Shown: positions 51,288 through 63,329 of the stretch, in pieces
Layout of the letters: every line of letters starts with the position of its first letter
Numbering within the stretch: position 1 is the stretch's first letter
Origin: Vicugna vicugna
Lineage: Eukaryota
Length of the DNA stretch: 64,000 bases
Assembly (NCBI GenBank): GCA_013265495.1
Contig: MU058289.1
Coordinates: forward strand, 434,001-498,000
Direction of reading: 5' to 3'
Translations under genes and position numbers: made by a program
The notes under the pieces: model-generated
Told to the model about the DNA's origin: nothing
Database searches by the model: none
Seen by the model: only the letters and a program-made list of their open reading frames with translations

Positions 51288-53387
51288 CTAGGGCGGAAGC
51301 CCGGCTTAGTCCGAGAGGGTGGGAGGGGACGGGGCTAGACAATGGGCGGGTGGGGCGGGGTTCTGGTACAAGCCACACAGGGGTTAGGCCTGNNNNNNNN
51401 NNNNNNNNNNNNNNNNNNNNNNNNNNNNNNNCCACACAGGGGTTAGGCCTGGCAGAACCGAAATGAGATGGGAGCGAGGCTGGGGGCGGGGCCTAGGTCT
51501 GTGCTAAGCAGAGCGAATGGGCAGGGCTAAGTGAAACAGGAGGAGACCAGGGAGGGATTTGGCCAGCCTGGGAAGCTGCCCCACCTCTTTGGGATCGCAC
51601 AGTTGGAACTCGCGGCTGTTGCCGGTCCAGCGGATGCAGCTGCTACGCGCTCCGTCGTGGAGCAGCTCAAGGAGAAACTGCCACAGCTGAATGGGACCTG
51701 CAGGAGGCAGGTGAACATTCAGGTTTCCTGGCCCCAGACCATGTCGCTTCGATGACCTAGGAGTCCGGATCTTCCTCTCCATATAAGGGACCCAAGAGTT
51801 GGCCTCGGGGACCCAGGCATCCGGACCCTCATCTCTTTTTTCTCACAAAATCCAGGAGCTTACGTCCTCATCCCTAGCTCCCTGGAAGACTACGAGTGTC
51901 AGTTCTCTCCCTCAAGACTCAGGAGTGAGGGCCACTGCCCCCTCCTCACTGGAGCGCTTGCGTATCTAAACCCAGCCCCTTCACCACCAGTTTGCTGGGT
52001 CCCACCCCCTTAGGCGCCTAGGCCCCGCCTCACTAGAGTCTGGCTTCACTCTCCAAAATCTCGCGGGCCTCACCTCTGTGGTTACTTTTCGGATAACGAG
52101 CCGAGGTCGCGCTGTCCGACTGCTGGCTTGTTTCGGAGGATGCTGTGAGAGCTGAATTCTGGTACCCTTTCGAAAAGGTGGTGCAATCCGTTGGCAGCCC
52201 CGAGTCCCAGGAGATGGTATAGTCCGAGCCCGCGGGCCCGCCCCACGAAATGGTAGAGTCGGCGCGCGGTCCTCCTCCCAGGCCCTTGCCCCAGTAGGTG
52301 GGGCCGTCGGGGCCCAGAGAACAGTTCCAGCTGGTGGAGCTGGCGGCGACCTGGGCTCGCGACCACGAGTTGGCACCCCCCGTGGAGATGGCGCAGTTCT
52401 GGCCAGCTGCCCCTTCAGAGCCAGCCAAGGGGGCGGGGCCCAGGGCCTGGGAGACGGGGCTCCAAGGGACCGAGCTGGTGTTCGCCAGGTCTGTCCAGTC
52501 TCCCGACCACGGAAGAGCCTGAGGGGCTGGCTCTGTGAGGAGGAACGGACCCCAAGTGAGAGGAGCCCAGATGTCGGGATCCCTGGCCCCCTTGGGGATT
52601 CTGGGAGTCTCAGCTCTGGCTCCTGGGGCCCCCAGGCTCCCGTATCTAGGTCATGCCACCTGGAGTTCACAGGCGTCCCCCGTCCTAGCCCCGTGACCCC
52701 TCAAAGATCGGGGAGTCTAAACCTCTAGTCACAGTGAGGGACCCCGGTCCCCTCCACACCCCGCCTCTCCGCACACACTCACCCGCCCCCCATGGAGCTT
52801 CTGGGTACGGTAATGCGGAGGCCCAGTTCGGCTGTGGGAGCCCTGCGGGGTGTAAGGACGTAGCTGAGTTTAGGGAAGGGTGTGAGCAATGACTAGAGAC
52901 TCCACTCAGCCTCTCACCCAGTGGTCTTTATTTGTCGGGGGCTGAGAGTTGTTACCCCCAGCCACTACTCACTCAGACCTGGGACTCAGGACCCTGGTCC
53001 CCTCCTCCTTCAGCTTCAGGAATTCAAGCCCACACCACTCTCCCCATTCGACCCCAGGAATCCAGGCACACCTCCTTGCTCCCTCAGACAGCGGAGCCCA
53101 GCCTCTCACCTTCTTCCCCAGCACTCAGGGGCCCCAGCCCACAGCCACCTTTCCAGTCTGTCTCTGCTGTCAGCGTGTCCCCTTGGAGTGCCAGTTCAGG
53201 GAAATAGAAGTCGAGTTCAGCTTCTGCAGGCAATAAGATTAGAGCCCCGTCAGGGTCGGTGGAGGCTGCCACATGGGTACCCTCCCCACACACATTGTCT
53301 CAGCCCCAGCAGCCTACCCAGCCCTGACAGCCTGTGCCCCAGGGGCACTTCCTGTGGTGATGCTTCATCCCAGTTCCACAAATCCAT
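51087..53387 (-). CDS. ETV2: ETS variant transcription factor 2 (about 332 aa)
   Basis: Exons 53318-53387, 53149-53223 (or 53110-53223), 52783-52863, 52074-52532, 51585-51697, 51087-51287. Starts [18 protein letters not shown] domain [16 protein letters not shown]...[14 protein letters not shown]. Confidence 0.97.
51393..51431. other. Assembly gap (N run) in last ETV2 intron
   Basis: 39 N. Confidence 1.
51585..51697 (-). CDS. ETV2: ETV2 coding exon 5 (ETS N-half)
   Basis: [38 protein letters not shown]. Confidence 0.97.
52074..52532 (-). CDS. ETV2: ETV2 coding exon 4 (459 nt)
   Basis: [16 protein letters not shown]...[11 protein letters not shown]...ARYPKSNHR; phase 1-1. Confidence 0.94.
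52783..52863 (-). CDS. ETV2: ETV2 coding exon 3 (81 nt; alternative acceptor at 52842)
   Basis: [27 protein letters not shown]; |GTGAGT donor. Confidence 0.88.
53149..53223 (-). CDS. ETV2: ETV2 coding exon 2 (3' boundary ambiguous, 53149 or 53110)
   Basis: [25 protein letters not shown]; two in-frame donors. Confidence 0.85.
53318..53387 (-). CDS. ETV2: ETV2 first coding exon (70 coding nt; exon starts 53407)
   Basis: [23 protein letters not shown]; |GTAGG donor. Confidence 0.95.
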
Positions 53388-53608
53388 GGATGCCTGTTGT
53401 GAATATTCTGGGGGGGGGGGAGGGCACAGGGTGAGCTGGTGACACTTAGGACCCTGGAGTCTGGGTCCCATCCCTTGCTTCCCTCAGAACGAGTCCAGGC
53501 TTCTGCTCCCTCCTTCCCCAGGACCCTGGAATCTTGGCTTCCAGTGTCCTTTTCTCTCAGACCAGGAATCCAGGCCCCCAGACACCCAGTCCCCACTTCA
53601 TGGCTCAC

Positions 53609-54090
53609 CTCTGGCAGGTCCCTCTGCCCCCAGTCAGGGGTCTCAGCCCCATTTCATACCATGCACACCCTCCCCTGGGGGCCTGAGCAGGGGGAAATTT
53701 TCCAAGACGTCAGAGCTTGGGGTCACAGCTGGGGTCGAGTTGCAAGACCAAGGCGGGACCAATCTATTCCCCCCGCCCCACCCCCTCCAGGGATGGCCAC
53801 TGGCCTCCCTGGTAGCTGGGGCTGTCCTGCTGCAGGGGTGGCTTGTACTTGGACAGGAGCTTGGGGAACAGTGGGCTGGGTGAGACCTGGGGGTGCAGAG
53901 GGATGTTTCCAGGGTGACTCGGGTGGGGCAGAGGGTTTGGTGGACAGGTTCTCTGTCTTGGGGGCTTGATCCTGCGACATGGGGGATGGTGGGGGAGAAA
54001 GGCCTGGGGTCAGCTGGGCTGCGCCAGGCTTATCTGCAACAGGAAGGGGGATTTCCGGCCAGACCCTTGGTTGACTGACGTCACAATCCA
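53609..54090 (-). promoter_or_regulatory. ETV2: ETV2 non-coding exon 1 and proximal promoter
   Basis: Donor CAGAG|GTGAGC at 53609. CRE-like TGACGTC at 53706-53712 next to GGAAAATTTCCCC (53691-53703). GATA+ETS pair at 54029-54046. Perfect CRE TGACGTCA at 54076-54083. Confidence 0.75.
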
Positions 54091-54639
54091 CAGGGGGCCT
54101 GCGGGGGATATGGTGGGGGTATGTCGACCTGGGATCCTTGACCAGGCCCAGTTCTCCCCTTCTGAGGGCTTTGAGGAGGAAGTTCTGGGGCTGCTTCCGA
54201 GGGCTGTAACATCAACAATATAAATGATAACAATAGTAATAGTAGCTAACATATATTGGGGGCTCATTGCATGCCATCAACTGTGCCATGGGCCTTTGTT
54301 TAATCCTCCTGTGTGGTAGGTACTAGTTTTATCCCTATATTATGAAAGGGGAAATTGAGGAGGGCTTCCTCCCACTTTTCTTCATGTCCAGAATACATGC
54401 CCTTCCATGCTATAATAGTTTGGGATACATGGGAAAATTTGAGTATGGCTGAATATGATATAGAATAAGTCATTTTCTTAGATGTGCTAATGGTGTTATG
54501 ATATGACAGCTATCTCTGTAAGGAAATGAACACTGAGATATTTTGGGGTGAAGTGTTATGATGTCTGTAACTTGTTTCAAATGATTCAGAAAAAAAAAAA
54601 CAAGCCATGTATACATGGATCATATACATATACATATGC

Positions 54640-54742
54640 AACATTTGGGACACACTTATTCTAAAAAATTATTTGTTGTTTATCCTAAGTTCACATTTAA
54701 GTAGGTGCCCTGTATTTTTGTTTCCTAAATCTGGCAACCCTA
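54640..54742. mobile_element. MER53-like hAT half element
   Basis: atttgggac...tgtatttttgtttcctaaatctggcaacccta terminal motif. Confidence 0.55.
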
Positions 54743-54919
54743 AACCCAGGTAGCTTGGCTTCAGAGTCTGTGCTTGTACCCATGCTGCTATATTAATAAG
54801 TAAATATTTACCATTAAAAATAACCTCTTTAATATGGGCACATTCCAATATTCACCTAGCTTGATCACCAACCACTTGCCATTCTGGGGGTGGGAGGAGT
54901 TGGGGTGTGGGCCCTGCTT

Positions 54920-55057
54920 TTTTTTTTTTTAATGGTTAATTTAATTTTTTAATTGAAGTATAGTTGGCTTACAGAGTTATATTAATTTCTGGTGTACAGC
55001 ATAGTGATTCAGTGATATATATGTATATGTATGTGTATGTGTATATGTATATGTATA

Positions 55058-55092
<35 letters not shown>

Positions 55093-55110
55093 TCCTTTTC
55101 ATTATAGGCT
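54920..55110 (-). mobile_element. L1 3' fragment containing a compound (TA/TG)n microsatellite
   Basis: L1 3' terminal motif with a TA/TG array at 55014-55091. Confidence 0.75.
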
Positions 55111-55849
55111 GGCCACTGCTTTTCTGTCCATGTCACGCTAGGGAGACAGGGCCTCAAGAGGGAGAGCCACTTACTAGGTCACACCGTGGCTGGTTGGGGG
55201 GTGGTACTGGGATTGGACCCAGTGTTAGGTGAACCACGGAGCCCTCATGCATCACCGGTACCTCCATCCATCTAACCCAGGGGTCTGAAAGGAGTCCTGA
55301 CCTGCTTTGCCCCACCAGGCCCAGGACCTCCTCTTCCTGAAGCTGATCTCTCTCCTGTCTGTATGTGTCTGTCTCTCCATGTCTCTCTGCCTGTGGTTGG
55401 TGTCCCTGGCCCTGGGTCTCTGTTGTACTAGGCCAGACAACAAGGCCTTGTTACCCAGTCTCTCCTGATGTCTCAGTCCCTCCCAATCTGTCTTTGTGTT
55501 CCTCTCTCTAGCTCTGTATGTTTCCATCTCCTTCCCTCTCTGTTTTCTCCCCATCTTCCTTGCCATTGACTGCCTCTGGCCCACAGTTCCCATTTCTTCC
55601 TTTCTGCCTCCCTCCCCATCTCTGTCTCTGCTCGCTACATCCCCTCCATCTGCCTCTCAACCCCGTGACTGATCTCTCTCTCTCCCCTCAGGACTGAAAT
55701 GCACACAGAAAACCCTTCTTTCTGGAATCATTCCTCTTCCTTGCCCATAGTGAACAGAAGGGAGTCAGGAGTAGGGAGGGCTAGTGATGTGGTGGGGGGT
55801 AGGGTTTGAGGGTTCTGGGGCTGGGTGGTCCAGGCCAGGTGGCAGAAGC

Positions 55850-55960
55850 CTGAAGGACACTTCCTGCCATCGAAGGGAGGTCCTCAGCCCTCTAACCAGA
55901 CTGGAAAATGTGACGTCAGAGGAGGCAGTAAGGGAGGAAGACAGGAACAGAGGAAATCTG
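55850..55960. promoter_or_regulatory. Candidate ETV2 upstream enhancer (NFAT/CRE/ETS cluster)
   Basis: GGAAAA at 55903-55908 immediately followed by TGACGTCA at 55911-55918, plus several GGAA cores. Confidence 0.55.
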
Positions 55961-57075
55961 ACACCTCTCCTGGGTGACTGGCTTCCCTGAGGGGCCTGGG
56001 CATTGTTTCTTCCCTCCCCCACAATCCCCTTCCCAAACCAGGGTTCTAATGGCTATGCCCCTGGGAGACCCTCATCCCCTCCCCATGCCTGAACCATACC
56101 ATCTTCCTCTTCTGCCCGGTCCTTGCTCCAGCCTCCTTCTAGGACCTGAGCCCACAACATGGGAGTCTCAAGAGCTTTTTGTAAAGTGTAAATCTGTGTT
56201 GCCCTGCTTGAACTTTGTCTCTGCTGCCTTCAAGGTAAAGTCTGAGCACTTAGTTTGGCATTCAACATTCTGCATGGATACTTGTTCAGACAGGCAGAGA
56301 CAAGCTTGGAGCTGGGAAAAAAGTGAGGGAGAGACTCACAGATACAGAGAGAATAGAGACTCAGAGAGATGTAGACACTTAGAAACAAGAAACAGAGGGG
56401 CACTCAGAGAAACAGGGAGAGAGACACAAACAGACACAGAGCAAGACAAGTCAGCTGGGTTTTGGTAGAGTGAAGAAACTGGAAGAGTCTCAGCTACCAG
56501 AAGGTGAGAACTGCAGAGACTAGGCGGGTAAACAGCAAGAGAATGAGACAGCCTCAGAACTGGCCAGTTCCTTTAAGAAGCCCACCGTGACTCCCTCCCT
56601 GGGCTCCCCCATCCCAACCCCAACCACTCTGGACTCTCACTGTGTTGCAACAGGCTTCTTACCCCTGGACCATGAGCTTGGAGGGAACAGGGCCTGTTCC
56701 CTGTTTACGTCACCACTGTGTCCCCAGCACTGTCCAGACCTGCGGTGAGAGTTTGCTGAATGGACAAAAGCCTGGAAAGCTGTGAGCTCTGGGAGGGCAG
56801 GGCCCCTACCTTGGTACCGAGAACACAAGCTGGAGTCAGAAGATCACAGGTCTGAGCCTTGGCTTGGCTTTGCCAGAGCCTCCACTTCTTTCTCTGTGGA
56901 GCGGCTGCAATCAACATGCACTTAAGAGCTCATGTGGCAGGGACCGAAAAATGCCATCTTCATGTTTGTCTGCATAAACTTCCAAGGCTTCCCCACTACT
57001 CCCAGGTGGGGGATGCTAAGCCCTGCTCCCCAAAGAGTGCATCTAAGCCCAGCCAGGGATGGAAATGAACGTAAA

Positions 57076-57081
57076 TTTATT
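57076..57081 (-). terminator. RBM42: RBM42 polyadenylation signal AATAAA
   Basis: tttatt on + strand about 110 nt past the stop codon. Confidence 0.85.
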
Positions 57082-57191
57082 GAAACTGGTTTTGGGGGAG
57101 GATGGGTGGGTGGATAGTTGAGGGTTTTCCAAAGAACTGCAGGGAGGAGCCAGCGCCCAGCCAGGTGGAAGCGGGTGCCCGGTCACCGACC

Positions 57192-57304
57192 CTATCTCAG
57201 GCCCAATTTCTTCTTCTCCTTCTGCTTCTTGCGAACCACGTCCAGGTTTCGGTCCTTCCACATGCTCTTGCGCAGCTTGATGGGACGTGAGCCCACATAT
57301 TTCC
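57192..57304 (-). CDS. RBM42: RBM42 last exon, coding part
   Basis: GKYVGSRPIKLRKSMWKDRNLDVVRKKQKEKKKLGLR-TAG. Confidence 0.96.
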
Positions 57305-60300
57305 CTGGGGGAATAGAAGGTTCAAGGTCAGGCTTGGGGTCAGGCTCAGGCCAGATGCCTACCATGCCCAAGGACCCTCAGGGAGGCCTCACTCACCATT
57401 CATCTCACGCATGGCGCGTACGTAGTCGCTGGGGTCCTTAAAGCTGACAAAGCCATAGCCCTTAGTCTTGCCTGTGCGCTTGTCACGGATCACCTTAGCC
57501 TTAAGGAAGGATGGGAAGCGGCTGAAGGCTCGTGCCAAGATGTCATCGTTCACCTCATTGCCCAGATCCCCACAGAAGATCCGGAAGTCATCTGGGATTG
57601 GGAGAGAGGAGGTCAGAGGATGCAGATGTCTGGCCCAGTGCCTGCCTTATTTAAATAGCCCCACCTTCTCAGGAGGCATCCCTCAAGCCCTCCTCCCTCT
57701 GTATCCCCAGCGGTCTCTGCCTGGGGCCCTCTTAGTTGTAACAGCCAAAGCCTGTAAAGTATTTACTGGGTACGAGGCTCTCTGGTAAGCATCCATAAGG
57801 TTTTACACATCTGGCACTTCCAACAACCCTTTACATCAAAAACAGAGGTCTAGTCACCTGCCCAAAGTTAATCAGGAAGCGGCAGAGCTGGGATAAGAAC
57901 TCAGGCATCTGGCTCCAGAGTCCTCACTGCACCCATTCCCATGAGTCCTAACTTCGTCATCCCAGCCCTGGCCTGTCTTCAGAGCCCTTAGCATCCTTTA
58001 CTTTCCTGAACACCTCCCTATGGATATCCCCTGGGTCTCAGACACCCACTGGCTCCCATAACGGCACCCCAGTACCACAGACTTCATCAGCTCTGCTTCC
58101 TCTGCAAAGCCCACTCTAATCCCCCTTTGAGTTCCTGAAAACTGAACACACTGCCCGATTGTTCTCCAAGGCCAACCTCAGTTGCCACTCCTGGACATAT
58201 CCCCTGGGCTGGGCCTGAGCCTCAACCACATGTGCTCAAGCTTAAAGAATCCCTTCCCCCATGAGCACACACTATTATTATCCCCTTGTTGGAGATGAGG
58301 AAAATGAGGCTTGAAGGGCTAAGTGACTTGCCCAAGGTCACAGAACTAGGGTCTACAGCCTGCACTGGCCATGTTTGGGCTGATGTTGCCAGGGCTCTGG
58401 CCTGGGGTGGACAGACAGACCCAGGAAAAGAGGCAGAAGTCAAAGACTAGGATGGGAGGTAGGCCCCTTTCCTTGGCTACCACTGTGGCTGGTCCACAGC
58501 TTCTGTGGTGATTAAGGACACTCTTTGAGAGCAAGTTAGGCCACCCCAGGTGGAAATAATCTGACAAACTCAGAGGGTAGAAACTTCTACAAACGAACTG
58601 GCCTGAATACTTCAAAAAACTTTTACACAGGACAAAGCAGTAGGAGGGAGACAATTCTCATTAAAAGATAATGGAGTGACATAAAACTGGTTCAGGGGGA
58701 AAACAGCTGTAATAAGACTGGGGACAACTGGGAAAATCTGAATATAAACAGAATATGAGATACCACAGAATTATTGTTAATTTTCTTAGATGTGTTAATG
58801 GTGTAATGATATGAAAGAAAATATCACTTAGATGAATACTGAGGTATTTAGAAGTGAAGTGATAAGTTCACTTATAATTTGCTTCAAATGGTTGAGCAAA
58901 GACCCAAAAAAAGATACACGAAAGGATAAAGTGAATACAGCAAGATGTTATTTGCTGAATCCAGTTGTTCACTGTGCAATTCAGTATTTAAAAATTTCCA
59001 TAAAAAGTTACGAGGAAAAAAATTCTCTTCCACCTTTAGCAAGCCCGGCCCCTGATGAATAAAACAGAGGCCAGAAGGTCCTGGGCACCAGTCCTCTCCA
59101 CTGAGTCCTGTTCAGTGGCTGGGTGAGGGCCTGCCCCCGCAGAGCCACAGTCCAGCCCTCCACGAGGTGCCTGGCCTTCACCTTCCTTTAGCTGAGCAGT
59201 GCAGGACCCTGCACTTGAGCCCACATACCTGCATCCCACTCCAGCAGGCTGGGGTCCTCCCAGCTGCTCCCAGCTGCAGTGCGAATGCAGCGTTTCAATT
59301 TCTCTGGCTTCCCTTTCTTCTTGTCCTCACCCAGAGGCTCTGGGACCTGCAGGGAAAGGGATGGGGAGCAAAGGGCTTGATGTTGGAGTCTCCTGGACTG
59401 ATCTGCCTGCTTCAGGCTTTCCCACTTTGCTCTGCCCCCTGGCCCTCCTGCCTCCATGGATAGAAGACTACATGTGTTTCTGTGTGAGGAAACCCATGGA
59501 CTCCTCTCTGCCCAACCAGCCTTTTCTGTCTCTGCACTGCTCTACTCCCTGCTTACCTCAAGAGCCATGAGACCAGGGGGTGGCTCAGGTCGTGGGGGCC
59601 GGGGTCTCGGTCGCAGGGACAGGAGCTCAGGAATGCGCAGTGGAGGCAGCAGGCCTCGCACAACCTCCAGTGGGAGGGGCAGGGGCTCAGGCTCAGGCAA
59701 AGGCATGGCGAGGGCCAGTGGTAGGCTGGGCCCAATGACTGCAGGGCCAGCTGGGGCGCCTCCTGCCCCCACAGCCACTGCTGCACTAGCCTCCTCCAGC
59801 CCAGCTGCCGCTGCCACCACAGCTTCTTCTTTCTCTTTCAGGCCCAACCCCAGGCCTAGGCCCAGCTCTCGGGGTGTTGCTGGCTCTTCCTGTAGACAAA
59901 AGGAGGGTGTGAAGGGGGCAAGGTCACAGGCTAAGACCTTACTTCCATCCCCATCCCATATAAGAGCAAAGCCCTGGGGGCCTGAGAGCAGGAAAGAGAC
60001 ACCTAGACAGACAAGGGAGTCTCTAGTTAGAGATGGACACAGGGATAGTTCAAAGGAAAAAACAGATATACAGAGAGAGACATACACCTATAACTCGTGT
60101 TTCTCTCTTTAATTTCCCTACAACAGAAAAAAACAAAGCAAAAACACAGAAAGATTTGGCCACAGAAAGAAACAGGGAAAGACAGAGACAAAGTCAGAGA
60201 GTGAGAAGGTAGAGATACAAAAAACCAGGGGAAGAGGCAGAGACACAAAAAACCAGGGGAGAAGGCAGACTTGGTAGACATAAACCAGCAGGCCAGGATT

Positions 60301-62599
60301 GAGGGTCTCCCTGCCCACTGCACCTCTGACCCTCAGCTGCCTGTCCGCACTCACCAGAGGAGGCCTCAGAGCAGCCATGGAGCTCAGGGGGGGCCCCGGG
60401 GCCCGAGCCATTGGTGGCAGCATCATAGGTGGTCCAGGCGGCCCAGGCAGAGGGGGGCCCACCAGGGCCTGGTGAGGGGGCCGCAGGGCCATAGGGCGGG
60501 GTCCACCTGCTGCAGAAGAAAGAGCAGAATCTGTCAGGGTGTTAGTGGGGGAGTCGGAGGGCTTGGGGGGAGTTATGTGGCAGGGATGATGACCCTGGCC
60601 CCCTCACCTGCTCTCTGTAGCACGTGAGGGACGAAGGCTGGACGCAGGATAGGGGCCCTCTGGGGGGCCACAGCTGTGGGAGAGATAGATGGGGGTGTGT
60701 GTCATGGGGGACTGGGGCACTTGGGGCAAGGTGTTTGCCTGTGAGTACTCTCAGCATCCAAGAAGTCCTGGAGAAGAGTAAGGGGAGCCTTCTGGGAGAT
60801 GCAGGGGTCTTTTCACTTGTTCATTCAGTAAAAATTTACCAATACTGATCTCCTCTGGGCCTGGACCTGTCCAGGGCAATGCCAGGGACACATCTAAAGC
60901 CCAAGGGCTCTTTGCGAGCTCCTGGTCCAGAGTAGGAGGGAACAGACCCATCACAAGGCAGTGACAGCCAGAGAGATCAGGGCGGGGATGGGGTAAAGCC
61001 CAGGCAGGGTGATCTGAGGCTGCAGGGGGAAGCCTGGGAAGCAGTAGGAACCCAGAAGAACCTCAGGACCTACCCAGGAGGACTACAGAGGCCTTCCTGG
61101 AGAAAGGGACCTGTCAGCTGAGACCCAAAGGATAAGGAAGAGTTGGTCAGGAAAAGAGTAAGTGGGAATATTACTGGCAAGGAGAACATTTTGAGATAGA
61201 AATTTTTCCCTCTTCAGTTTAATGCAATTGTAATAGAGCAAGTCAGGAGCTGGAAAGCATCATAAGAGAATGGTCAAGTCAGTAGGCATCCAAGCAGAGT
61301 CTAGTTGGCTGAGCTGTGGATGTCCTCCGGAGGGCACTGGGGAGCCACAGCAGGGTTGGAAGCTGGGGAACGGGACTAGATCAGATTTGCATTTTGACTA
61401 AAATCTTACTAAAGTGAGAAGGAGGGTACAGCTCATGCTTAGCATGCACGAGGTCCTGGGTTCAATCCCCAGTACCTCTTCCAAAAATAAAACAAGCAAA
61501 CGCAATTACGTCCTCCTCAAAAAAACAAGAACAAAAAACCCCTTACTGAAGTATAAGATGTATTAAACCACCTCAGATAGCAGATTAAAAAGTGTAACAG
61601 GATTTAAGTAACCCAATTAACAAGTTTGATCCAATAGAGATTATACTAGAACTTTACAGAACGCATATCCTTTTCATACACATAAGAAAGTAATGTCACA
61701 AAAACTGACTGTGTGTATAAAGGTTATCTCAACAACAAAAAGTAAGAATGACCTAGGGAGAGGCTATTTTAGTTGATTTTGGTTTAGTTGATAGGTTTTG
61801 GAAGATGAAAGTTGGGTAACAGTGAGCAGGGGAGAGAAGGGACCTCAACAAAAGCAGTGCTGGGACATACAGCAATATGGGGGGCTCCCGGGGAGGAAAT
61901 GGAGATCTCTCTCTGAAAGGGACCAGGTGATGTAGGGTCTTGACTGCCAGGGGAAGGGCATAGGTGCTTGTCTGTTCATCCCATCAACAGAGAACATGTA
62001 ATTCTCACTAGGTGGCAGGCCCCAAGACTTTAGCCTCTCACAGAGCTTGTATTTTAGAGAAAGCAAAAGATGATACCCATAATAAAGAAGCAAATTGTAA
62101 AGCTTGTTATAAAGTATTAAGTGCTGTGAAGAAACATAGCAAAGGTGGGGATTAGGAGTGACAGTAAGGGGGCTGGTTTGCAATGATCAAGTGCAGCCTT
62201 ATTAAGGCCAAACTGACTAAGTACACAATCAAGTTGGTGCTTTAGAAAGACGATACCAAGGTGGGGATGAAATGGAGAGGGTGAAGTAGTCGAAACAAGA
62301 GTGCTTAGTTAAACGTGGGATTCCTTGGCCCCAGACCTACCTGCTCGCCGCAGGAACATGGCTTCTCGAGCTTCTGGACTGTCCAGGTGACTCCGATCAC
62401 CAGGGCCAAAGCCAACTGTTGGGAGGGGGAGATGAGAATGGTGGGAGAAGAGTCCCAGACATCCCTTTTCACCACCCTGCCTGATCCCCTGATTCCGACC
62501 CCACTGCTCCTTACCTGGGCCTACAAAAGGTGGGCCACCCACCATGGGAGGAACCACTGTGGCTGCAGCGGCTGCCCGGGCCTCCAGAGTCTGTTGGAC
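57192..62599 (-). CDS. RBM42: RNA-binding motif protein 42, coding exons 3-10 (5' exons lie beyond the window)
   Basis: Exons 62515-62599, 62341-62415, 60608-60673, 60355-60530, 59557-59889, 59229-59346, 57397-57591, 57192-57304. All are AG/GT bounded and phase-consistent. Translation runs VQQTLEARAAAAATVVPPMVGG...DDFRIFCGDLGNEVNDD...KGYGFVSF (RRM)...KKQKEKKKLGLR*. Confidence 0.98.
57397..57591 (-). CDS. RBM42: RBM42 exon 9 (195 nt, RRM)
   Basis: DDFRIFCGDLGNEVNDDILARAFSRFPSFLKAKVIRDKRTGKTKGYGFVSFKDPSDYVRAMREMN. Confidence 0.96.
59229..59346 (-). CDS. RBM42: RBM42 exon 8 (118 nt)
   Basis: VPEPLGEDKKKGKPEKLKRCIRTAAGSSWEDPSLLEWDA; |GTATGT donor. Confidence 0.96.
59557..59889 (-). CDS. RBM42: RBM42 exon 7 (333 nt)
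   Basis: EEPATPRELGLGLGLG...PPPGLMALE; |GTAAGC donor. Confidence 0.96.
60355..60530 (-). CDS. RBM42: RBM42 exon 6 (176 nt)
   Basis: DSALSSAAGGPRPMALRPPHQ...ALRPPL; |GTGAGT donor. Confidence 0.95.
60608..60673 (-). CDS. RBM42: RBM42 exon 5 (66 nt)
   Basis: AVAPQRAPILRPAFVPHVLQRA; AG/GTGAG bounded. Confidence 0.95.
61416..61541 (+). mobile_element. tRNA-derived SINE (internal deletion in head)
   Basis: catgcttagcatgcacgaggtcctgggttcaatcccc; TSD cttact(a/g)aagt. Confidence 0.85.
62341..62415 (-). CDS. RBM42: RBM42 exon 4 (75 nt)
   Basis: VGFGPGDRSHLDSPEAREAMFLRRA; AG/GT bounded. Confidence 0.96.
62515..62599 (-). CDS. RBM42: RBM42 exon 3 (85 nt)
   Basis: VQQTLEARAAAAATVVPPMVGGPPFVGP; CAG| acceptor, |GTAAG donor. 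Confidence 0.96.
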
Positions 62600-63329
62600 C
62601 TGTTGGGGAGGAGGTTGAGGTGAGGGGCCTGACTCAGTGCCCACAAGCTGCCCTGGCTGGCTCACCCTGGGAGGCCAAAGGTTTCATTCTTTGCACTGTG
62701 TGGGGCTATCTGTCAACTTTAGGTCTAGGTCTTAGCTAAATGTCACTTTTCAGGGAGGCTTTTGGGATCACACTAGGTAAAGCTGTCCTCAGCCCCTCTC
62801 AGCTACAACTTCTCTCATCACCCTATTGTGTCTCCCCCAAAGCATTCAGCACTATCTGAAATTATGTCCAGCTTGCCCTCCATATCTCCCGTGTGACCAT
62901 CCTGGTCCAAGCCACTGTCTCTTGCTGAGAGTGTTATGGTAGCCTCTTCTTCAGTCTCCTTGATTCTTCCCTTGCACCCTATAGTTTGTTTTCCAAACAG
63001 AGAGCGACCCTGTTTATATCTAAGTTGGATCATATCACCCCTCTGCTCAAAATCCTTAAAAAAAAAAAATCAGAGTAAAAACCAAGGTCCTTATGGTGGC
63101 CCACAAGGCTCTACTAGACGCATCTCTATCACCTCTCTGTCTTCATCCACCCACCCTTTCCCTTGCTCACTCTGCTCCAGCCACACTATTCCCCCTGCTG
63201 TTCCTTGAACATGTCAAATACGCATCTACCTTGTAGCCTTTGCACTGGCAGTTCTCTCTGCTGGGAATGCCTTCCCCCAGATACCTGCATGGTTCCCTCC
63301 CTCATGCCTTTGATTGATTGATCTTTTGA

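Noticed and set aside
59456..60112. 218-aa plus-strand ORF (also 26799-27350, 34678-35283, 52921-53442, 53439-53969)
   Set aside because: Antisense shadows of GC-rich exons or promoters, with no independent coding evidence.
60213..60268. About 28-bp tandem duplication (also 1643-1677 and 20213-20241)
   Set aside because: Ordinary two-copy slippage duplications, not arrays.
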